Origin: Myxococcales bacterium
GTDB taxonomy: Bacteria; Myxococcota; B64-G9
Length of the DNA stretch: 64,000 bases
NCBI GenBank assembly: GCA_012798435.1
Contig: JAAZNF010000113.1
Span: 24,979 to 88,978, forward strand
Direction of reading: 5' to 3'
Position numbers and translations under genes: made by a program. Shown in pieces: positions 39,555-48,122 of the stretch (position 1 is its first letter; every line of letters begins with the position of its first letter). The notes beneath the pieces were generated by a model, which made no database searches, was not told the DNA's origin, and saw only the letters and a program-made list of their open reading frames with translations.

Positions 39555-42167
39555 ATGCTCGAAAAATACCACCCCAAACTCATCGAACCGAAATGGCAGA
39601 AGGTCTGGGAGGCCGAGGGTCTGCACCGGGCGGGGGCCCACCCCGAGCGCCCCAAGCTGTACGTGCTGGAGATGTTCCCCTACCCCTCGGGCAACATGCA
39701 CATGGGGCACGCCCGGGTGTACGTGATCGGCGATCTGCTGGCCCGCTACTGGCGCATGCACGGGCGCGACGTGTTCCACCCCATGGGGTTCGACGCCTTC
39801 GGGCTCCCCGCGGAGAACGCCGCCATCCGCGAGAAGATCCACCCCCGCCAGCGCACTCTGAAGAACATCGAAACCTTCCGCGGCCAGCTCAAGCGCCTCG
39901 GGCTCTCCTACGACTGGGAGCGCGAAATCATCACCTGCGAGCCGGAGTACTACCGCTTCAACCAGTGGTTGTTCCTCAAGATGTACGAGAAGGGGTTGGT
40001 GTACCGGCGGCGCAGCCTGGCCAACTGGTGCACCGGCTGCCTCACCATCCTGGCCAACGAGCAGGTGGTGGAGGGGCGCTGCGAGCGCTGCCAGAGCCCG
40101 GTGGTGCCGCGCGAGATCCCCGACTGGGCGCTGCGCATCACCCGCTACGCCGACGAGCTGCTGAAGGGCCTCGACACGCTGACCGCCTGGCCCGAGCGGG
40201 TGGTCACCATGCAGCGCAACTGGATCGGGCGCTCCGAGGGGTGCGAGCTCACCTTCCCCCTGTGCGGCGGCGGCGAGGCCATCCGCGTGTTCACCACCCG
40301 CGCCGACACCGTCTTCGGGGCCACCTACATGGTGCTGGCGCCCGAGCATCCGCTGGTGGCGCGCATCACCACGCCCGCGCAGCGCGGCGCGGTGCAGGAG
40401 TTCGTGCAACGCATGGCCCGCACCGAGCGGGCGGTGCGCACCGACGAGAAGGCCACCAAGGAGGGGGTGTTCACCGGGGCCATGGCGCACAACCCCTTCA
40501 GTGGCGAGGACATCCCGGTGTGGATCGCCAACTTCGTGCTGGCCGAGTATGGCACCGGGGCGGTGATGAGCGTGCCGGCGCACGACCAGCGCGACTTCGA
40601 GTTCGCCAAGAAGTACCGACTTCCCATCCGGGTGGTGATCGCTCCCGTCGGCCGGCCGGCCGGAAGCGCAACGGAGCTCACCCAGGCCTTCGTAGAGGAC
40701 GGGGTGCTGCACAACAGCGGCCCGCACGACGGCAAGGGCTCGGCCCAGGCCCGGCGCGACATCGCCGCCGAGGCCCGCTCGCGCGGGCAGGGCGGCCCCA
40801 CGGTGAACTACCACCTGCGCGACTGGGGCATCTCAAGGCAGCGCTACTGGGGCACGCCCATCCCCATGCTCGAGTGCGAGCGCTGTGGCACGGTGCCGGT
40901 GCCCTACGAGCAGCTCCCGGTGCGTCTCCCGCCCGAGGCGCCCATCACCGGCACCGGAGAGTCGCCGCTGTCCAAGGTGGCCGAATTCGTGCACACCACC
41001 TGTCCCAGCTGCGGCGGCCCGGCCCGGCGGGACACCGACACCATGGACACCTTCTTCGACTCCTCCTGGTACTTCGCCCGCTACCTCGATCCCAGGAACG
41101 AACGCCTGCCCTTTGACCGCGCCGCGGCCGATCGCTACCTGCCGGTGGACATCTACATCGGGGGCCCCGAGCACGCGGTGATGCACCTCTTGTACTTCCG
41201 TTTCTTCACCCGGGTCATGCGGGATCTGGGGCTGGTCGGCATCGAGGAGCCGGTGGCGCGGCTGGTGACCCAGGGCATGGTGGTGCGCAGCAGCTACCGC
41301 TGCCCCAGCCACGGTTACCGGGCCGAGAGCGGCGTGGTCCAGGACGGCGAGAAGGTTCGCTGCAGCGAGTGCCGCGCCGCGCTCGAGGTGCGGCTGGAGA
41401 AGATGTCCAAGAGCAAGCACAACGGCGTCTCGCCGGAGGCCATGTTCGAGCAGTACGGCGCCGACACCGCGCGGCTGTTCTGCCTGTTCGCCGCCCCGCC
41501 GGAGAAGGACATCGAGTGGAGCGACGCCGGGGTGGCCGGCTGCTTCGGTTTTTTACGGCGGGTGTGGGCGCTGTTGCTGCGCCACCAGGAGCGCTTCGAC
41601 GTGCTGCGAACGCTCGACGGCCCGGTGGACGAGGCGCGGCTCTCGCCGGAGCTCAAGGCCTTCCACCGCCTGCTGCACCACACCATCGAGCGGGTGCGCC
41701 GGGACATCGAGCGCGAGTTCCAGTTCAACACCGCCATCGCCGCGCTGATGGAGCTGTGCAACGCCTGCAAGGTGTTCGACGCCCTGACCGCCGGTGGCCC
41801 GGACGATGCCGCGGCGCGGGAGGCCCTGCGCCTGCTGGGCTTCGCCTTGCGCTCGCTTGCGCTCATGCTCGCGCCCTTCGCCCCCCACTTCGCCGAGGAG
41901 GCATGGGAGGCCCTGGGCATGCCCGGCCGGGCCTGCCAGCAGCCGTTCCCGAGTTTCGACCCCAAGCTCACCGTGCAGGACGTTGTGACGCTGGTGGTCC
42001 AGGTCAACGGCAAGGTGCGCGCCAACCTGGAGGTGCCACGGGCGGCGCCGCGGGAGGAGATCGAGCGGATCGCGCTTTCCGACGAAAGGGTACGCAAGTG
42101 GACCGAGGGCAAGGCCATCCGCCGCCTGGTAGTGGTGCCCGGACGGCTGATCAACATCGTGCTGTGA
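39555..42167 (+). CDS. leuS: Leucine--tRNA ligase
   Basis: MLEKYHPKLIEPKWQKVW, the HIGH-type motif PYPSGNMHMGHARVY, the KMSKS motif LEKMSKSKHNG, and a length of 870 aa. The ORF-track N-terminal extension (from 38766) is antisense to cpaB and is rejected. Confidence 0.97.
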   Translation: MLEKYHPKLIEPKWQKVWEAEGLHRAGAHPERPKLYVLEMFPYPSGNMHMGHARVYVIGDLLARYWRMHGRDVFHPMGFDAFGLPAENAAIREKIHPRQRTLKNIETFRGQLKRLGLSYDWEREIITCEPEYYRFNQWLFLKMYEKGLVYRRRSLANWCTGCLTILANEQVVEGRCERCQSPVVPREIPDWALRITRYADELLKGLDTLTAWPERVVTMQRNWIGRSEGCELTFPLCGGGEAIRVFTTRADTVFGATYMVLAPEHPLVARITTPAQRGAVQEFVQRMARTERAVRTDEKATKEGVFTGAMAHNPFSGEDIPVWIANFVLAEYGTGAVMSVPAHDQRDFEFAKKYRLPIRVVIAPVGRPAGSATELTQAFVEDGVLHNSGPHDGKGSAQARRDIAAEARSRGQGGPTVNYHLRDWGISRQRYWGTPIPMLECERCGTVPVPYEQLPVRLPPEAPITGTGESPLSKVAEFVHTTCPSCGGPARRDTDTMDTFFDSSWYFARYLDPRNERLPFDRAAADRYLPVDIYIGGPEHAVMHLLYFRFFTRVMRDLGLVGIEEPVARLVTQGMVVRSSYRCPSHGYRAESGVVQDGEKVRCSECRAALEVRLEKMSKSKHNGVSPEAMFEQYGADTARLFCLFAAPPEKDIEWSDAGVAGCFGFLRRVWALLLRHQERFDVLRTLDGPVDEARLSPELKAFHRLLHHTIERVRRDIEREFQFNTAIAALMELCNACKVFDALTAGGPDDAAAREALRLLGFALRSLALMLAPFAPHFAEEAWEALGMPGRACQQPFPSFDPKLTVQDVVTLVVQVNGKVRANLEVPRAAPREEIERIALSDERVRKWTEGKAIRRLVVVPGRLINIVL

Positions 42168-42670
42168 TGCTGGGCACGGCGTTGCTGCTACTCGTCGACG
42201 GCGGTTGCGGCTACCGCTTCAGCGCCGGCGAAGCCCGGCTGCCCGGGGGAGGGCGGGAGCTCAACATCGCGCCGGTCGAGAGCGCCATCGCCGAGGCAGG
42301 GTGGGGGGGAGAGCTGGGCGAGCGGCTCCAGTTCGAGGCGCGGCGCGCCGGGCTGGTGCTCAGCGCGGATCCGGCCGCCCCGCGGCTCCGGGCGCGTCTC
42401 TTGTCGCTCGAAACCATTCCCCGGGGGATCGCCGCCGGCGGGGGGCGCTTCGCCGCGCGCGAAGAGGAGGTGCGCCTGTCGGTCGAGATCGTATGGCAGG
42501 AAGGGCCGACCTCTTCGCCACCGCGGTTTCTCCGCGAAGGCGAGAGCTTCGTGGTGGCGCCGGAATTGCGCGGCACCCAGACGAACCGCGCGCTGGCGGT
42601 GCGCCGGGCGTTGCAGCGGCTGGCCGAGCGCATCGTGAATGAATCCTGCCGGGGGTTCGCGTGGCCATGA
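42167..42670 (+). CDS. lptE: LPS-assembly lipoprotein LptE-like
   Basis: ATG overlaps the leuS stop (TGATG). MLGTALLLLVDGGCGYRF has a lipobox followed by the GY[RH]F-type start typical of LptE. Its position between leuS and holA matches the conserved leuS-lptE-holA arrangement. Confidence 0.6.
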   Translation: MLGTALLLLVDGGCGYRFSAGEARLPGGGRELNIAPVESAIAEAGWGGELGERLQFEARRAGLVLSADPAAPRLRARLLSLETIPRGIAAGGGRFAAREEEVRLSVEIVWQEGPTSSPPRFLREGESFVVAPELRGTQTNRALAVRRALQRLAERIVNESCRGFAWP

Positions 42671-43695
42671 CCCTGGACGAGCTGGAGCGCGATCTGGCGA
42701 GCCGCCTGCGGCCGCAATACCTGGTGGCGGGCGAGGAGGAGGCTTTGGTGGAGCGCGCCCGCGAGCTCATCTTGGCCCGAGCGGTGGGACGTTCGGGACA
42801 GGCCGAGATCACCCGTTTCGAAGGGCGCTCGGCCGCGGCCATGGACATCGACGGCGCGGTGCGGACCGTCTCGCTGTTCGGGGGGCAGCGCCTGGTGCTG
42901 GTCAAGGACGCCCACGAGCTGCGGGCCGAGGAGCACAAGCGCTTGCTCGCATGTCTGCAGCGGCCGGTGGCCGGGAGCGTGCTCGTGCTCCTCGCCCGGG
43001 GAGTGGGTCTCGGCAGCCGCGATCCGCGGCGGGCCAAGGCGGCCAAGGCGGCGCAGGCTCTGGCGAAGGCGGTGGAGAAGGCCGGTGGCGCGGTGGTGGA
43101 TTGCCCGCGGCCCAAGCCCCGCGAGGTGCCGGCCATCCTGGAGCGTATGCTTCTGCGGCGCTCGCTCAAGGCCGACGACCGCGCGCTCCACGCCATCGCC
43201 TCTGCCGTGGGGGAGGACCTGGGCGCAGCCATGCAGGCGGTGGAAAAACTCTCCCTGTACACGTCCGGCGGCCGGGTCCGCGAGAGCGACGTGGCCGCGG
43301 TGGTGAGCGACACTCGCGAGGAGTCGGTGTTCGCCCTGGTGGACGCGGTTTCAGAGGGCCGCGGCGGGGTGGCCCTGGCCACCGTGCGGCGGCTGTTGCG
43401 CGACGGGGAGAGCGGGCTCGCACTCCTGGCCCAGCTGGCGCGGCACTTTCGCACCCTGGCCCGGGTGAAGGCCCTGTCCCGGCGCCGGCAGAGTGCCGCG
43501 GCCATCCAGGAGGCGCTGGGGCTGCACCCCTTCGTGGTGAAGAAGTGCCTGCAACAGGCCGAGCGCTTTCGCGAGACGGATCTTTCGCGCCGTCTGCGCC
43601 GTCTGGCGGAGGCTGACGTCAACCTCAAGCGGTCGCGATTTCCGGAGCGGTTGGAGCTGGAGCGCCTGATCTTGGCGCTGTGCGAAACCCGCTAG
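42661..43695 (+). CDS. holA: DNA polymerase III delta subunit
   Basis: The length is about 340 aa. The sequence shows YLVAGEEEALVERA...SLFGGQRLVLVKDAHEL...AMQAVEKLSLY...VFALVDAVSEGR. Synteny after lptE supports the call. The start is either GTG 42661 or ATG 42667. Confidence 0.8.
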   Translation: MAMTLDELERDLASRLRPQYLVAGEEEALVERARELILARAVGRSGQAEITRFEGRSAAAMDIDGAVRTVSLFGGQRLVLVKDAHELRAEEHKRLLACLQRPVAGSVLVLLARGVGLGSRDPRRAKAAKAAQALAKAVEKAGGAVVDCPRPKPREVPAILERMLLRRSLKADDRALHAIASAVGEDLGAAMQAVEKLSLYTSGGRVRESDVAAVVSDTREESVFALVDAVSEGRGGVALATVRRLLRDGESGLALLAQLARHFRTLARVKALSRRRQSAAAIQEALGLHPFVVKKCLQQAERFRETDLSRRLRRLAEADVNLKRSRFPERLELERLILALCETR

Positions 43696-43967
43696 GACTT
43701 GGGTCCCGCCAACCGATAGACCGCCCGGCTGAGACGGGCGATGCGGCGGGCGGCGGTGCGCTTGTGCAGCACGCCCTTGCTGCGGGCGCGCATCAGGCTG
43801 GACACGGCCTGCTTGAGCTGCTCGCGCGCGGAACCGGCGTCCTTCTTCTCGATGCTCTCGCGGACTTTGCGCAGCCGGGTGCGGATGTTCGAGCGGCGGG
43901 CGACGTTGCGCGCCCGGCGCTTCAGGCTTTGGCGGTGACGTTTCAAGGCGGATGGATGTCGGGCCAC
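43692..43967 (-). CDS. rpsT: 30S ribosomal protein S20
   Basis: MARHPSALKRHRQSLKRRARNVARRSNIRTRLRKV is the canonical S20 N-terminus, in a 91-aa protein. Confidence 0.95.
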   Translation of the reverse strand: MARHPSALKRHRQSLKRRARNVARRSNIRTRLRKVRESIEKKDAGSAREQLKQAVSSLMRARSKGVLHKRTAARRIARLSRAVYRLAGPKS

Positions 43968-44024
43968 GAATACCTCCTCGGTGGCGAATCGTCCGCGCTT
44001 TCTACTCCGGCCGGCCGTGTCGTG

Positions 44025-45032
44025 TCAAGACCCGGGCGGCGATACCAGACCTGCCAGCGCGGCCGGCAGGCGGCAGGGGGCGGGGCAGTCCGGGGCGGGC
44101 AGCGGTTTCAGCCCCATCTGGATCAGGCGGCGGCGACCCTCGGGGCCGAGCAGCAAGCGGATCATGGCCACGGCGCCGTCGGGGTTCTTCGCTCCGCGTG
44201 GGATGGTGAGGCTGTACAGGATGGGCTGTCCGGCCACGCGCTGCCCGGGTGCTATCTCCTCGGACACCTCGGCGTAGCGCGGGGTCAGCGCCACGTCGCC
44301 CAGGTTGATCTCGGGGGGCAGCGGCAAGAACCGTAGGCGGTGTTCTTCGGCCACGCTGCGGAACAGCAAGGCAAAATCCGCCGCGCGGCTCTCGATGAGA
44401 CCGGCCGCCTCCTCGATGTCCCGCGTCACGCGCTCCGGTGGGACCCGCTCGACGAAGCGCTGGTGCAGCTCGGCCGCCCGCGTGCCGTAGTGCCGTTCAG
44501 CCAAGCGCAAGGTGTGCAGGGCCTGGTAGCCGGCGGGAGCCGTCACCGAGTCAACCCGCGCCAGGCGCACTCCATCGGCGAGCACGAGCTCGATCCAGTT
44601 GCCGTCGCTGATACGATCGGCACCCGGGCTGTGTGGCCCGAATGCCAGCACCAGCTCGTTGGCGGCGAAGCGCAGGTTGAAGTCGGCGAGCTTGGGAACC
44701 AGGTGGTCCTGAATCAGGCGCCAGTCGGCGCTGGCGAAGAGATCCGGGGTGACGCCGAGATCCTCGATCTTCCGCGTAAGCATCACCGAGCCGCCGATGT
44801 CCAGGTGGATCTCGCTCGCGGGGTTCGCTCGTACGAAGATCGGCCGCAGGTCTTCGAACAGACTCCCCAGCGACGCCGCCGTGGCGATCTCGATTGCTCT
44901 TGATGAGTCATTGCGGCTACAGGCGGCGCTAACCACCATTGCCAGCAGAGCGGCCAAGGCTCCAAGGCGGTCCCGTCGCGGGCCAATGTTCCAGCGTAAA
45001 GAGAAGATTGCCGCGGGTGAGAATTCGCTCAT
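44025..45032 (-). CDS. Lipoprotein, periplasmic substrate-binding protein (molybdate/tungstate/sulfate-type PBP, tentative)
   Basis: The lipobox is LAMVVSAAC. IEIATAASLGSLFEDLRPIF...IGGSVMLTRKIEDLGVTPDLFASAD resembles ModA/WtpA-type anion binders. No ABC permease or ATPase gene is adjacent. Confidence 0.5.
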   Translation of the reverse strand: MSEFSPAAIFSLRWNIGPRRDRLGALAALLAMVVSAACSRNDSSRAIEIATAASLGSLFEDLRPIFVRANPASEIHLDIGGSVMLTRKIEDLGVTPDLFASADWRLIQDHLVPKLADFNLRFAANELVLAFGPHSPGADRISDGNWIELVLADGVRLARVDSVTAPAGYQALHTLRLAERHYGTRAAELHQRFVERVPPERVTRDIEEAAGLIESRAADFALLFRSVAEEHRLRFLPLPPEINLGDVALTPRYAEVSEEIAPGQRVAGQPILYSLTIPRGAKNPDGAVAMIRLLLGPEGRRRLIQMGLKPLPAPDCPAPCRLPAALAGLVSPPGS

Positions 45033-46519
45033 GGGTTCGGCACCGTGGAGGGGGTAGCGGATTCAGGTTGCGACCCGAGGCTTTCTCCCGGCGCCTCCGG
45101 GGCTGGCGCAGGCGGCCGGAGCTTTGGAAAATCCACCAGCCGAAGCTCCACCGGTTCGGGCGTGCTGTTCTGACAGGAGAAGTTGGCCTCGTTGGCCGGC
45201 GAGCACGAGCCCGCGGCGTCGCGCTCGATGAACCAGCGCTCGGCGACCAGGGCCGACGCCCGCTGGATCTCCACCGGCGGCATTCTCTCGAGATCGAACT
45301 TGATCCCCGGCACGAGCCACAGGTCTTCACCCTTGTCTCCACTCACCACCACCGCCAGGGTGTCGAATTGCGCGGGGCTGGGGAAGGCCCGGTCGAAGGG
45401 CGCCTTGGGATCCACGAGCACCAGGGCTAGGCGCGGCGAGAGCCCCGCCTCCTCGAGGATGCGGAAGGCGAGCACCGCCGCCGTGCCCGCGTTGCCGCGA
45501 CGCTTGGTGACGGCCTTTTCGGCGGGTGCGTCGGGGAGCCAGCGCCCCCAGAAGGGGAGGCCCGATTCCTCGATGGTGAAGTGCCGCTCCATCCACTCGG
45601 CCACCGCCGCCATCCGGCGGGTGCGCTCACCCGGCTTGACCGGCGACACCAACGCCGGGTGGGCCCGCCCCCGCCCGGCGATGTCGCCGCCGCGCGAGAG
45701 GCACAGCGGTGTGTGGAAGATTCGGCCGCGCAGGTGCGGCCAGTCAGGGCAGCGCGGCGCACGCAGGACGTACGGCAGGCGCTGTTCGGTCAGGGGCGGC
45801 AGCAATCGGCGCAGGCCGAAGACCTGAGGATATTCCCCCGGCGGGCTCTCCAGGCGGACCTCGCGGGTGGCGTCCACGGTGAGCGCGGCCAGGTCCGGCC
45901 GAAACTCGTCGTCGGGGTGGCCGAAGGTGGCCCGCGCGTTCGCGCTGCAGAAGCGGTCGCTGCCGAACCGGAAGAACAGGATGTCCGGGCCCGACACCGG
46001 GACCTGGATCTCCACCAGGTCGCCCGGGAGCAGGGTGCTCAGGGTGAACTCGCTCATACGAGGGAAACCCAGCTCGCAGGGCCAGTCGGCCAGGGCGCGG
46101 GTTCCGCTGGGGATGACGTTGACGGGTTTCTCCTCGCCGTTCTCCATCCAGGCACGGGCCTCGACCGGCGGGAGCGACTCGCGGTAGTGCACCACGTAGA
46201 ACTTGCGGGCCGCGTCGCCGCCGCCGGGAGAGAGAATCAAGAGCCGCGTGCGCCGCACCGTCATGCGCGTGGTGGGGTCGGCGGTGGTGCCGCCGCCGCC
46301 GTATTCACCGAGCAGCTTGCGTCGGATGGTGTCGTAGCCCCCGCCCCAGTAGGTGTCGAAGAGCTCGTCTGCGACTATCAGCACCCCGGGAGACTCTCGG
46401 CAGCGCTCGAGCAGGCCGGGATCGAGGCCGCCCAGGTCGACCTGGGGCATGCGCCGGCTGCACCCCGACAGCGAGGAGAGGAGTGCGATGGAAAGGACGA
46501 GCGGGAAGGACTTTTTCAT
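45029..46519 (-). CDS. Lipoprotein, possibly DUF3857/transglutaminase-like with the catalytic Cys position substituted
   Basis: The start is set at MKKSFPLVLSIALLSSLSGC (lipobox). KRRGNAGTAAVLAFRILEEAGLSPRLALV resembles the transglutaminase-core G-x-C-x-x-FA...GIPAR motif but has no Cys. The ORF-track 652-aa extension is rejected. Confidence 0.45.
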   Translation of the reverse strand: MKKSFPLVLSIALLSSLSGCSRRMPQVDLGGLDPGLLERCRESPGVLIVADELFDTYWGGGYDTIRRKLLGEYGGGGTTADPTTRMTVRRTRLLILSPGGGDAARKFYVVHYRESLPPVEARAWMENGEEKPVNVIPSGTRALADWPCELGFPRMSEFTLSTLLPGDLVEIQVPVSGPDILFFRFGSDRFCSANARATFGHPDDEFRPDLAALTVDATREVRLESPPGEYPQVFGLRRLLPPLTEQRLPYVLRAPRCPDWPHLRGRIFHTPLCLSRGGDIAGRGRAHPALVSPVKPGERTRRMAAVAEWMERHFTIEESGLPFWGRWLPDAPAEKAVTKRRGNAGTAAVLAFRILEEAGLSPRLALVLVDPKAPFDRAFPSPAQFDTLAVVVSGDKGEDLWLVPGIKFDLERMPPVEIQRASALVAERWFIERDAAGSCSPANEANFSCQNSTPEPVELRLVDFPKLRPPAPAPEAPGESLGSQPESATPSTVPNP

Positions 46520-46673
46520 GGCGGACTCCCTGCCGCGCGGCGGCAGGTCACAGATAGCACTTCTTTGGGCTCGTGAAAAGGTGTCGGGCGCGCCCGCCGT
46601 GCCAATTCGAGTTGTGTTGCATGGGGCCGGATGGTATGGTTCCAGGCCAGGTCTCTTTCTGGGGAAGACGCGC

Positions 46674-48119
46674 TTGTCCGTTCTCGAAATCGGAAAGGAA
46701 TTCGGCCCGTACCTCCTGCTGCGCCGGCTGGCCCGCGGCGGCATGGGCGAGATCTGGCTGGCCGAGAAGAAAGGCCTGGCCGACTTCTCCAAGCGCGTGG
46801 TCATCAAGACCATCCTGGAGGCCTTCGCCGACGAGCCCGAGGTGGTGGAGATGTTCCTCCACGAGGGCAAGGTGGCCGCCCAGCTCAACCACCAGAACAT
46901 CGCCCAGACCCTCGACCTGGGCGAGATCGGTGGCGTGTACTTCATCGTGATGGAGTACGTGAACGGGCGCGACCTGCGCAACCTCATGCTGAAGTCCTAC
47001 GAGCGGCGCGAGCTGGTGCCGCTGAACCTGGTCCTGCGGATCGGGGCGGACACCTGCCAGGGACTGCATCACGCCCATCAATTCAAGACCCCGGACGGGA
47101 AGCCCGCCGGCATCATCCACCGCGACATCTCGCCGCAGAACATCCTGGTGTCCTTCGACGGCGGGGTGAAGATCGTGGACTTCGGTGTGGCCCGCGCGCT
47201 GAACGCCGTCTCCAAGACCAAGTCCGGCGTGCTCAAGGGCAAGTACGCCTACATGTCCCCGGAGCAGATCGAGGGCACCGCGCTCGACGGCCGGGCCGAC
47301 GTGTTCTCGCTGGGCGTGGTGCTGTACGAGATGATCACCGGCCGGCGGTTGTTCAAGCGCGACAGCGAGGTGGCCACCCTGGACGCGGTGCGCAAGGCGC
47401 CCATCCCCGCCATCACCCAGCTCGATGGATCCGTGCCCCGCCCCATCGAGGCCCTGATCGGCAAGGCCCTGGAGCGAAACCCCAACAAGCGCTTCAAGAG
47501 CGCGCGCGAGTTCCAGCTGGCCATCGAGGACCTGATGTTGAGCACGGGCCTGGTCGCCTCCGCCGCGCACCTGTCCGCCTATGTGAACGAGCTGTTCCAG
47601 GAAGATTCCGACATGGAGCAGGAGCGGGCCGTCCGGCTGGAGAAGGGCATGAACCAGCTGCCCGACATCCACAAGGCCGACGCGCCCCACCTGGAACGAA
47701 CCATCTCCTATACCGGCGAGAAGCGCGCCGGTTCCGAGGCCCTCACCCGGAACCTGCTGGTCCAGGCGCGGCGCAAGTCCTGGGTGTCCCGCTGGCTGCT
47801 GCCGGTGCTGGCGGTATGCGGCGCGCTCGGCATCCTGGCCATCGCGGCCTGGCTGCTGTTCTTCGAGCGGACGGAGCCGCAGGTCCCCGTGGGGCCCACC
47901 GCAGCGGAGCCAACGGCCGGCGGCGTCGACGCGGGTACGGCCGAGGAGCCTGCTGTGCCGGACGCCGGGATCTCCCCGGAACCGGACACCGGCGCCGCAG
48001 CCGACCCGGGCCCCGCTCCTCCCAACGCGGATGCCGGGCGAGGCCCTCACAAGATCCGCAAGCCGCCGATCGGCAAGGACAAGAAACCCGAGGTCCCGGA
48101 TATCAAGACGGAGCGTTAG
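46674..48119 (+). CDS. Hanks-type Ser/Thr protein kinase (catalytically intact), single TM, Pro-rich extracytoplasmic tail
   Basis: Motifs are GGMGEIWLA, VVIKTI, HRDISPQNILV, DFGVAR and YMSPEQ. The TM helix is WLLPVLAVCGALGILAIAAWLLFF. The start is uncertain. TTG 46674 was chosen because the longer ORF (46353) overlaps the divergent lipoprotein gene. Confidence 0.85.
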   Translation: MSVLEIGKEFGPYLLLRRLARGGMGEIWLAEKKGLADFSKRVVIKTILEAFADEPEVVEMFLHEGKVAAQLNHQNIAQTLDLGEIGGVYFIVMEYVNGRDLRNLMLKSYERRELVPLNLVLRIGADTCQGLHHAHQFKTPDGKPAGIIHRDISPQNILVSFDGGVKIVDFGVARALNAVSKTKSGVLKGKYAYMSPEQIEGTALDGRADVFSLGVVLYEMITGRRLFKRDSEVATLDAVRKAPIPAITQLDGSVPRPIEALIGKALERNPNKRFKSAREFQLAIEDLMLSTGLVASAAHLSAYVNELFQEDSDMEQERAVRLEKGMNQLPDIHKADAPHLERTISYTGEKRAGSEALTRNLLVQARRKSWVSRWLLPVLAVCGALGILAIAAWLLFFERTEPQVPVGPTAAEPTAGGVDAGTAEEPAVPDAGISPEPDTGAAADPGPAPPNADAGRGPHKIRKPPIGKDKKPEVPDIKTER

Positions 48120-48122
48120 AAC

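Noticed and set aside
43692-43695. holA and rpsT share a palindromic CTAG, so that both convergent genes stop on the same 4 nt.
   Set aside because: The overlap is real in the sequence, but it is most likely a coincidence of compact gene packing. The leuS-lptE-holA and rpsT neighbourhood is ordinary conserved synteny.
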